Assembly: GCA_965637545.1 (NCBI GenBank)
Contig: OZ281495.1
Location: forward strand, 12,772,001-12,836,000
Direction: 5' to 3'
Length of the DNA stretch: 64,000 bases
Source of the DNA: Phallusia mammillata
Taxonomy: Eukaryota
Below, piece after piece: positions 24,401-36,400 of the stretch. The position numbers and the translations under genes were made by a program. Under the pieces are notes generated by a model, which saw only the letters and a program-made list of their open reading frames with translations, ran no database searches and was not told the DNA's origin. How positions within the stretch are numbered: the stretch's first letter is position 1; every line of letters starts with the position of its first letter.

Positions 24401-27400
24401 TGGTTAAGAGCTTTGATTCCTTCACGTAGTGCGTCAAGTCTTTGATATTCATCAGCATCGATCACCATAACAAGGGATTGCGCGATGACAAAGCGCCCAA
24501 AGAAGTCCATTCCAGGGATGTTGAACCCTGTTACATGAAACATCCAATCTCAAAAGGGTAATTACAAAAATTTCTTTGTTAAGACCAGGAGTGCACAGCC
24601 TTTGACCGTATGTCAACATTTAGTGATAAATAGCAACAACTTCGTGATACGAGCATGTATATCAAAACATGTCTAGCGCAAGCCTTGGAGCGATAGGTAT
24701 TTGGCTTCAGAAACGGCGTTCAATAAAACTTAAAACGGAGAACGGAGTTCAATGTTCTACAAAGTTAGTAGGCGTATGTTGGAACGCCACAAGGGTTGTC
24801 GTTACTGCCAAAAACCGATGAATCGGTCAACAATATCAATAATGCATAGTAGACCAGAACATTGCGCTCAAAAACTTATGTACAAATGGTATCTTAAGTT
24901 GTCCAGTTTATGTTTACCGACAAGCTGCTCTGAAAACCGCTGCATGGCTGTGCCAGCGTTTCGTGAATGTGTTGCTGGAATTTGTAGGTTTTCGACCTTT
25001 TGTCTGAAGAGAGGACCCTGACTGTTGTACTCGTTGGTCGCCACGAAATACGGGGAAGTTGTATGGATGTTGTCATCATAAGTGATCACTGTGGGCTACA
25101 AGAAGAAATTAATTTATTTGTTCATGTTTGTGCTAATGCATTGTTACGTTTGCCAATTGACGAAACCGATTTGCCCAACCCGTTTTAAATTGAATCTTTT
25201 CAGCATGCTACAGTTTAGGATTTAGTATATGCAAAACTTGCCATCTTCCGGATGCCATTAACCAGAATCGTCTTTGTCGACAATTTGCATTATTAAGTTT
25301 TCAAACATCTGAATTCGAACGTAACGTCATTGGGATAAGGCTTCAAGTATTTAGTTTTCAATTAGTTACAAAAACCCACACACAAACAGAATAGCTCTAA
25401 CCGTCAGCGCTTGACGGCTAAATTATTATTTTCGCATTAAGTACATTGTATTCAATAAAAATTGTTTACCAAGTGGTAACTAACGGCAATATGCGGGCAC
25501 CTATGGTATTAAGTACCACCACAAGATTCCAGACAGTTTGCTCGAAAAAAAAACACTCTTAAAAAATTATATTGTCCATGTTTTCAGCTCACCAAGGTTT
25601 GTGCGTTCGAAACTACGAAAAACTTCGACAGTTCTTTAACAAAAGTTTTCAGTGGTGTGATGTCCTGATTCAGTTGTGAGTTAATATCAGTGGATCCGTC
25701 CAGCAAAATGATCAAATCATTTTGAGTGAACTCGCATCCAACAGCTGCAATGTGCACAAATATATTTAGGTTTGGATCTGAAATGGAAACGTCCTTTTTT
25801 TTCTTTAAAATTTAGCCACTAAACTGATAAAAAAGAAAATTGTACATGTGGTTTTTTCCTATGATTTCTATTTCCATCTTTTAAACTTGATGTATTTTTA
25901 ACAATTAAAGTAAAAAAAAATTACGCAATGGTGTTGTGACTTCAGGAATGGTTGACTCAGTAATAGCAGTGGTTCCAGTGGTTCCAGTGGTTCCAGCAGT
26001 TCCAGCGGTTCCAGCGGTTCCAGCGGTTCCAGTGGTTCCAGTCGTTGGTGTGGTTGCTGTAGCAGTCGTGGTGGTGTAGTTAGTGAGCACTGCAACGAAC
26101 AGATGGGTAAAAACACGCAGAATGCATTACGACCCAAATTTCAATAAACCATTTTTTTTTAATTTTACAGTTGGTCTAGGGTTGAACAATTTATATGCCT
26201 GGTTTTGCCTTGGCTTGGGGGATTTGACAAAAAATGTAATAAATACACATAATTAAACAGTTTTTCATCGGCAAATGTTAGTTGCACTGTGTTTTGTTTC
26301 AAATGTTAGTTGTAACAAGCAACTTTTAAGTTAACATATAGTAGATGTTCGGGTTTCGTGAACTTACTGTTGCGTAATGCAACATGGTGCCATTTGCTAA
26401 CTATGGTGTTGAAATAACACAGACAATCAATCATTTCCGTTATGCCTCAAATAACAGGCGAACGGCAGAAGGATGTGATATTGCTCGGTTTGCTCAGATG
26501 GGACAGGAAACGTTTAGGCTTGCGTTGTTAAAAGAAACAAACCATGCATTTCAAAAACGAATAACTGACGCATTCTTTATCGCAACTATCGTAACTTTAT
26601 TCGCGTGTATTCTCTTTTTATTGTGTAAAGTTAGAAGCGCATTACGCAAACTGGCAACCGGATATAAAGGCCGCGCCCAGTTGCGTCAGTATATATAGGC
26701 CTCGCCCAACTGCGTCATGTTTATGTAATGTAATGTTATGTTTTATTGTTATGTTTTGTTTTCGAGTTTGTAAATCTTTGTTATAGTATAATCTTACATT
26801 GCATCCAATAAAATCAAGAGGTGGTGTGGTAAAGGTTGTAAGTATTTAGGGGGCATAGCCCTGCTAAATAGTTTAACTCTAATTTAAACTAGAAAATAGT
26901 GCACAGAGATCGTAAGCGTTAGAGTGAATTCACCCCTGATTGACTATAAAATTAGATTTTAGTTTGTGACGACAGTTTAGGACTTGAGACAGATAATTCA
27001 GTCTCAATAGGCTAACTGTAGCGTTAACACTTACGAAATAATTTTATAAACTCATTGTCCGAAGACTCTTGGTTAGGATCAGGATTAATGAACTTACTGC
27101 AAACTGCATCTCTTATTTCTTTCACGAGGTTTTCCAAACCCGGACTTCCCATAGGAAGAGTTATTATATTTCGTGGTTTAACTGCCGGACCCACGGAATT
27201 TTTTAGAGAAGTCACATCAGTAGTTGTTGGGTCTCCTGGCACCACAAGGGCCACTATTTCAGTTCCGTCGAACCTGGCAGCGGTCAAGGCTCGGTCAACT
27301 GTGACGTCAGCGGCATCAAGAGGCGGCGAGTCGATTGACGTCACTTCGATGATGGCCACGCGACGTACGCCAGGTCTTCCACCGTTGCTCGCTGTAGAAA

Positions 27401-30400
27401 TAATATTCTTAAGGTTTTAATGCGATGTGAAAAAACGTGTAACTATAAGGGAGTTACAAACAAAACGAAGTTACACAGAAAAATTGAGTTGTACGGTTTT
27501 TCTAATGGTCAATATATCTTCTGAATCTAATTTTAATGATCTTACGTTTGAATTTTTGGTTGAGTCCTTCTTGTATCAAGGGTGCGCTCCTGTCCTTGAT
27601 TGTGTTCGGCGTCTGAAGGTTGTCAACCAAACGCAAAAATTCTTCTGAGTTTGTGGCTGAATCCAGGGGAAATCCCGTCGGGGGATTCCCATAAAGCTTG
27701 TCGGCGTAAAACTCGACCCCGATCTACAAAGTATATTATTATTCATAAATAGTTCTAGAAAACAAATGCATTTCCGCAGACGACAAAATATAATATCATA
27801 AACCATATCAGAAACTGGATATTTACCTGCGTGTCATTCGGGCCAATTTTAAAGTTAAAATCAAAAGTCCTCAAAAAGTTTTTAAAATTTTCCACGGGTG
27901 CCAATTGTCCAGGGGCACTTTTCCGCGAACCATCAAGAATAATGAGCAGGTCGGTGGGTTCCATGTTGGCACACTCTGACAAAAAAATCCAACATGCAAA
28001 TACATGACAAGATCACAAGACACTCACCAAAAGGTGAATGTATTATGAGTTTTAAAAGATAAGTTCTTTTAAGCGATAACACATTAGCTCATACCTGGCG
28101 CAGGTTTTCTTGTTGTAATAGAAGGTGTCGTTTCAACAGCTTAAAAATCAATCAAAAAAGAGTAAATGAAAAATAAACTAGAATAGTGGTTTTCCTATAT
28201 ATTGCCAGTTTATATATACTACATCATAAGTTATTTAACGATGTATCACACATACAATTTACTATATTTATAATGGATATCCATTTGGCACCTACATTTC
28301 GGTGGGTCCCTATCTTTTTCCTGGCACTTTATAACATAATTGTTTCTGCAAGCATAATCTAATGGGTCCCCACACATATACATATGCGATTTGGTAACAG
28401 TAAAAATGGGGCACAATCATTGTTAGATATTTACCAATTTACTATACACATCATTTGATCTACACATATGATTGTTTTGCAAGCAAAAACGAATGAGTCC
28501 CCACACGCGCGTTTGTGCGGATTTATGGTAAACAAACGTCCTGGTTATTTTTAGATTCTTAAGGAAAACTTAACCAACTTTAGCCTTAACCCAACTTTAA
28601 AAGTTTTGTCCGTATTCTTTTTGCATCATTATTGTCATATAATTACAAAAAACAGTGAATAAGAACAGGAAAAATACTTTCAATTTAATCTCATGCTTTG
28701 ACCTTGATATTGTTGTTCAAGGTCAGTTTTTAAACACTATTTTCCAAAACTGAAAATGTGCTTGATAACTTTATAAAACGACATAGCATAGCTGCGCAAA
28801 AACAGCTGATTTCTAGCACCAACACGACTGTCTCGTAAAACGTCCGTCTGGACGTCAAGCTGAGCACTCACGCTGCATTCACCCGCCTTAATCGTAAACA
28901 AGTGAATTCTGAGCACTCCCGCTGCATTCACCCGCCTTAATCGTAAACAAGTGAATTACTACTTTGAGAGTTGAGACTTCTATCTGACTGACAGTGTACA
29001 CATATTATGGGCTGTAAAAGTAACAATTTGGCCGATTAAGGCAAATTTTTAAATACTAAACGAATAACCTGCTGCAAACAATTGTTTAACATTTCAGCAC
29101 ATTAAGGCTTGTATTTCTGGCCTAAAACTTATTATTTTGGGATTTAAGGGGTAAAAATGGGTGAATCCAATAAAAAGTTACAAAATTCGTTAGAATAGCT
29201 TACATTGCACCAACCAACAAAGCATGAAACCCTCAGATTATGTACTTGGGTCAGTACAGCCGTTTTTAATTTTTTTCGTTTTGGGGGCCTGTGGGTGAAC
29301 CACTGGGCCCTTTGGGGTCAAACTTCAGGAGGATCAAATTCGGAACAATAACTAACATCTGTGCCAATTTGAATAAATTTAAAGCACTCTTTCTTGACCA
29401 AACGCATTTAACAAACCAGCATTAGACAGAAACGAATATTTTGGGGTTTAAGGGGTGAAAATGGATAAACCTTTTTTTAAGGTACAAAATTATTTGAAAT
29501 ACCTTATATTGCACCAAACAACAAAGCACATAACTCCTAAATGAAGTACTTTAGCAAGTATAGCCGTTTCAAAAATTTCACGTTTTGGGGGGCTGTGGGT
29601 GAACTGAGAGATCAAACGGGGTCAAAATTCACAAGGACCATCTCTAGACCAATATCTATAATGTGTGTAAATTTGAAAAGGTTTGAACCATTCTTTCTTG
29701 ACCAAAACGTGGGAACAAATCCGCGTTAGACGGAAAAAAAGAAAAAAATATATAGACAAAAACAATATTTGTCCCCTTCAGGGAAGGGGACCCATAATTA
29801 TATTGCAGTTTTTTTTAAAAAAGTAAAATTATTTTGCAATTTTATGCCGAAGTGCACAGAATCTTCCAGGGACGGATTTAAAAAAAAAATTAAGGGGGGT
29901 GTCCAAAAATTTTTTGGGAAATTCCCTGATGCGATACTGACGTTGTATGATACGATTTGGGTGTTCCCCTTTCTAAAAAAACGTCATAACTTTGACGTCA
30001 CTCACTCACCCAAAAAAAGTGCGGTCGCAAGGTATCACTTTTGTAACTACGCTGTGCATAATGCATAACAGAGATTTGGGGTTGGAAAAAACTGTTTTAC
30101 TAACATGCACGCACAAAGCTTGTGATGTTGCACTGTTTATAAATTCATAAACATAACCAATAGTTACCGCCCTGATCATTTGCGTCTCTTTAATTAAGAA
30201 GTTTAAACGACATTGCTTTAACTCTAACACAACACAAAATGTTTACCGATATATTTTCTTGGCGAGCCGCAAAAAGAGGAACTTTTTTCTACTAAAACCT
30301 AAATTTGCTGTTTAATCGTCTCCACGTTTTGAGACCTGAGTATTATTACCCCATGCACCTTTGAAATCGCTCTGTTCTGATGTTAGCTATAAAAAATTCA

Positions 30401-33400
30401 ACGCGTTTATACCACAATACGCCGCCTCACGCCAAAGCTAAATACTTAATTTACACGTCAAATGACAAGTAGTTAATTGTTTCGTTGCTAAAGTTCAAAA
30501 CGACGCTTTAAGCAGCAGAGTGCTTTGTCCATAATTGCAAGCAGGTTCAAAACAGAAAGTACAAGACCCCAACCCAACTTGTAACTTTAGCATGCCGCAA
30601 AGGCGAGTGGCATTTCTTATTATCTGTTATCCATTAGACAAAAAAAAGAAAAACAACATTTGATTTTAGCGAAATTGTTAAAATTTCCAATTACGGCTCT
30701 TGGCTCTACTATCTAGCTTACTCAGCAAAACTGCTAATGCAAGATAAACGTGACTGTTAAAATACATTAGTTGCTTAAAGAAAACCTTTGAAGGGCTGAA
30801 CGCCTTTTTGAAACGATGACTCGCCTTTTAAGTTGCGCAACGTTACGAATGCAATAAAATTGGTTATTATGCAAGGCATAAATAATGCCAAGCATTGACA
30901 AGTTGCCAATTACATGTACCATGGTTCGATTTACACCGATCGAATATTTGTGACAAACAATTACGTGTTTGGTAGGTCATAAACATTTTAACATTGAACG
31001 TTTTAAACGGTTTAGTTGGATTTAACATTGTTTAAATGCGAAAACAGCTTAATACATTACATTTAGTGCAGTCAGCACTTTTGACTTTAGTGTCCTTGGC
31101 GGATAATTACTTTTCTATTGTCAGCACAATAAACTCTTCATTTTAAACCTTGTCACGTCACAATAAACTTGTTACGTCACACCCAATACAAAACGATAAA
31201 GACTCACGGCTTTGAGATAACGACTTCCTGTAATCATGCAGCGGTAAACGGAACGTTTGGCCTATTTAATTTTCGCACAACTTTTTTAAAATAGGGGTTC
31301 GGCAAATTTCACCAATTTTCTGAGGGGGGTGTCAAAACACCAAACACCCCCGTCTAGATCCGCCCATGGAATCTTCACATACAAATCGAGATGTTTAAAT
31401 ACTAATATCTTGATTTTTTTAAATCTTGCCATGAAAATTAGTAACAGATCTACAACATGCAAAAGCACACTAATAAATCGTTACTTACTTATTTCTGGAG
31501 AAACAGGTGGTGTAAACGTTGTGTATTCTGCTGTCATAGGTCGATCTATATAATAAAGTCATAAGGTGTAGTTTCTTTACGCTTACTTTCCTCATTACTT
31601 ACAAATGTTGCACCCCTAAACACGACTCCCTTTATTAAAAACAAGCTTCTACATTTACATTAATTATTCTTACACATGCAAATGAGATCCCTTAAGGCCG
31701 GTACGTCATTCGGAAGATTTGGGAAACCCCCAGGAACTTCAATGACGTGTGTTGGCGTCACAGAGGTCCCCACGCTGTCCAAAAGCCGTTTGAATGTGGC
31801 GTTATCGGTCGGTGCATCTGGAACCACTATTGGAATCACCACAATGTTGTCTTGTATAACGGCAGCTGTGATGACATTGGCGACTGTTTCGCGACTCAGC
31901 GATGGCGGGTCTTGTGACGTCAAAGTGACAACAGCAACTTTCCGGCGATCTGGTGAACTCGCTAAAGTGTACGGAAATAGTTAAAGCCGTAATGTAAGTA
32001 TTGCAATACCTGTATATGGGCTACTCATGCGCCAAGCGTTAACTTTGAGGTTTACAACTGACATTATAATGTCAAAACTATAGTTCAAAATCGTACACGG
32101 TCAAAGTTTAATACATTTTTGAATTAAATGTAGATTGGTCTTGTGCAACATATTTCGTGTTTAAAAAACAGTTGTGTATGTTAAGTTTGCTAAAACAACT
32201 AAGCTAAACACCGCTTCGTGAGACTCTCATAAAATATATTGCGTTGGATCAGAAAAACAAAACCCTAAAGTGCAAAACCCTAAAGGTATCAAAAATGTTT
32301 TACACAAAAATAATTTGAAGATTACCCGATTTTATGCGCCGTAGACTTTCTCGAATAAGCGGAGAGGAAGGCAGACGTAGACGACCGGGATTGGTCAGAT
32401 TGTCAATCGCTGCAACGAGTTGATCAGTTGTGTTAAATGCGTCTAATGGAAATCCATGGGGAAATTCCTGTTGCACCGAATCGCCGTAAAATATGACACT
32501 AACCTGCAGAAGAAAATGATTAGGAAGTTTAACCACAACTTTGTGAGAATTTGTGACCAACTCATTTAGACATAGTTTAGAAAAACGCAACATCTTAAGT
32601 TAAATAAATATCACTTTGAGTTAGTAGTGTATTATGCGGTTTAACCTATATGCAAGTAGTTTTATATTTCGGTGACTAATTATGTACAATCAGTAAATTA
32701 TGCGTAAATATAAGTAAAAATAAGTAAGTGATTATGCGTTTATCTAAAATTTTGTGTTGAAATAAATTGGACCTTTAAGTGAATTATGCTCTTGAAAGAA
32801 ATACGCGATTATGTGGATTAGACCTTATAAATGAATTGCGCAGTTACATAAATTATGCGATTGTCAATGATGCGTATGTTAATTAAAAATGTTTTATGAC
32901 ACTGTTTTTCCGTTGTTACATAGTACATTTATTTGTCAACCGATGTTGGTGTGGCAAATAACCATAGACTGCAGAACGTATGTTGACATATCACTTCTTC
33001 ATGCACAAGAAAGGCATTTAAATACAAGCCACCCTCGCCAGTAAGTCGCAAAAACACAAAAATACAAAAAGAAGGTGATCAGTGATCACTTACCCTTGTT
33101 TTATTGCTGGCGATTGGAAGACTTCGCACGATATCTTTGAGAACTCTCTTGTATGTTTCTAATGGATTTAAACCTGGCGGTCTGTCTGATCCGTCCAACA
33201 CGAACACCAGATCGGTGGGTGGCATGTACTCACAAACTGCATGACATAAAAAAAGTTGAGCTATTAGACCACATTGGTCAAACTTAGATACATGTAAGTT
33301 TAAAAAATATATTTAAATTAGTGCAAGAAAAAATTAATATCGGATACATTTAATACAAAATAAATGTTGGCAATGCGAGTGCAAAATGAGTTTCACTTTG

Positions 33401-36400
33401 ATTGTTGGTCAAAACAATACAAAATTGTTTGCATCTAATATTTTATTGATTGACTTAGAACGTGATGTTTTGTGTCAGGTCGTCCTTGCAGCCGTTGTAA
33501 AAAAGTGCCCACTTTTAAAAACTTATGATTAGAAACAAAGGTACTAATAACGCTTTGCTACATCTTTTACTACGCTTTATCGCCTGTGTGGATAAATGTG
33601 TTTCACAGCAATTGTTAGTCTTCGGCTAATCATTCATCGCACATACGTGAACACAAGTCACTTTGCTCTAACAAGTGCTCTAGGTTTCACAAAGGTGACC
33701 GTTTATAGTCCGGTTTTAGTGTCAAAAAAAGTAAAATGTAATAAACGACGCTGTTTTATATCTTATATTACCTGGTGGTGGAGCTGAAACTTCTACTGTT
33801 GTTGCTTCTGTCAAAACTTCGGTGGTTGTCGCTGCTTCTGTGGTTAGGACTGTTGGTAAAACTGCGCGATGTTTAAAGGTTAGTAACTGTCCGAAATCGT
33901 TTTGCGTGTTTTGCAAGCTTCATTAAAATCGAAAATAAAATAAGTATTGAGGTTTTCCGATTTTTTTGCCGCTAAACACAATACATACATAAAACGAATT
34001 TAGTCGTAAGCACTACCAAAGTTGATTTAAGCATGGTGTTCACTGTTCACCAGTGGTACCCAACCGGGAAGGAAATTCCTCCCTAGGATGGAATTTAAAA
34101 CTTGATGGGAGGAATTTACACCAGTTTTTGCATGTGGTTTGTAGCAGAGTTGCAAGTCGGGCCGGGCTTTTCGGGCCGGGCTTTTCGGGCCGGGTTCGGG
34201 CCGGGTTCGGGCCGGGTTCGGGCCGGGTTCGGGCCGGGTTCGGGCCGGGTTCGGGCCGGGTTCGGGCCGGGTTCGGGCCGGGTTCGGGCCGGGTTCGGGC
34301 TTAGGTATTTGTGAGAAAACGGGCTTAAAACGGGTCTGACTTTACGTTCCGTGTCCGCCATTGTTTTTTTAAATAAAATCACTCAGCTAAGTAACAATTC
34401 TCTGGCTTTGACCTAATGCCCACGCCCCAAAACGTATTGTTTACCCCATTGTCTACTATTGTTCATTGTGTTTGTTGTCTTTCTCTTTTTTCTTTCTCAT
34501 CCTTTGTTGCAAGGATTTCGTGGATAGGCCTGTCAATCAAAATTTCGGGCCTAAACGGGCTTTGCATAAACGTTTCGGGTTCGGGCCGGGCTTCGAGCTT
34601 ATACTTTCGGGTTCGGGCCGGGTTCGGGTTCAGATTTCGGGCCCGCTTGCAACTCTGGTTTGTAAATAGATACTTATGGTCTGGGAATGTGACCTGTGAA
34701 CTTAATAAAAGACCCAGTTTTAATTGATGTTTGTATGGCTGAGTATCTACTATCTACTATATCAGGGAGAAATGAAAATGTTTAAAAATTTTAAGGGAGA
34801 AATTGTTGTTTAGAAATGTTAGGAACCACAGGTGTACACCGTTAAAAACTTCAGTCTTTTTTGAAAGCTTTCTAAACATTCGCCGAATTATGACGGCATC
34901 TTGCGAGTCATATTCGAAATTTGATTTTAGTTGGTTGCAACCACTTACCTCCACAAACCAAATCCCGAATATCGTCGCCAAAAGACGGCAAAGAAGCAAG
35001 TCCGTCGTAAACTGACAGCACTCGGTTTTGGTCGAAATCTCCACCTACGCTGTTCGCAATTCGCAACATGCTTCGAGGGAAACCCCCCATTCGGTTTACA
35101 GCAAGCACTATGATTTCTATCCCGCTCGCCGCGTCGGTTGCCATGACTTCGGCGATGTTGGGCATCGAGGCGGAACGAAGTTCGATAATCGCTACTTTTT
35201 TCACACCCGGCCTTCCACCAAAAGCGCCTGAAAATGAAATTTTGTTTGCAATTTAAAAACCTAATTAGGGAGATTAAAGTACTTTACCTTTGAATTTTTG
35301 CTCAAATGTCTCGTTGATCAATGGTCCGTAGTTGAACGCACGCATCTTGTTTGTATATTGGAGATTGGACACAGCGTTCAAAATCGCTGATCTTGACTGA
35401 TATGCGCCGAGCGGAAAACCGTTAGGGAAGGTCCCGTAGAGTGTATCGGCGTAAAGGTAAATTCCCACCTTAGTAAAGACACAATAAGAAATTTGCAGCT
35501 GAGTTTTTGTGTTATGTTTAATACCTGGGTGTCACTGGGTCCGATTTTAAGGTAACTTGTAAAGTTTTCGAGAAGTTTTTGGTGGTACGTCAGTGGGTTG
35601 TCACTGCCAATTGACTTGGATCCGTCAAACAGAAACAATATATCTGTTGGGGCCATTTCGGCACAATCTATAACCAAAGTGTTTGTTAGACAAAACATTG
35701 GCACTGGTGTACCGCATCGTCTGAAGGGTAAGTTATATGACTGTACGTTAAGTTACAAACGAAAAACTTTTTGTAAAAGCACCCAGTCGCTAAAGGTGTT
35801 TAGATTCCACACTGACGAATTTTAAAGAACACATTTTGAACTAGTTTAGAGGCAATTCAAATGCCCAGCTACCATTTTACCCGCTGTGATGTTTTAAACG
35901 TGTTTTGCAAAAAAGGTAAAAATGTGAATGGCGATTTACTTCAAATTGGCAGTTTTCACCCTTTTTACACCGCTTCAAAACAGCTTGTTAAGAAAACATT
36001 TGCCCTAATAATTTACATTAGTAGTTTAAAGATAAATAAAAAAAATTCATCTATCGTTATTTTCAGTTCTAAGCGCCTATTTCTCTTAGTTCCCTATCTT
36101 CACATGTTTGCAAACAACACCATAGGAGCTGAGACCACTACGTCTACTTTGTAACAAAATGTATCTTCGCGCGTATGTATAACTGAACCACCGAAGGTAA
36201 TGGACAAAATGTAAACGTATACCTCACGCCACACAAAATTAAAACTTACAAGGGGGAGGGGATGGAGTGGTTGGTTCAGTTGTTCCTAAAGTCACCTCAG
36301 ATGTTTCAGCTGGTGTCGTTTCAACCGTTGTACCCGGAGTTTCTGGTGCTAAAGTGTAAAATCTAATGATGACACACTGCCTTAAGATTTATAGTAAAAG

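Noticed and set aside
29867-31368. Autonomous hAT transposase
   Set aside because: Only short ORFs (75 aa or less) with no DDE or BED-finger motifs.
34053-34382. ORFs with [11 protein letters not shown] / [11 protein letters not shown] repeats
   Set aside because: They are translations of an 11-bp non-coding array inside a MITE.
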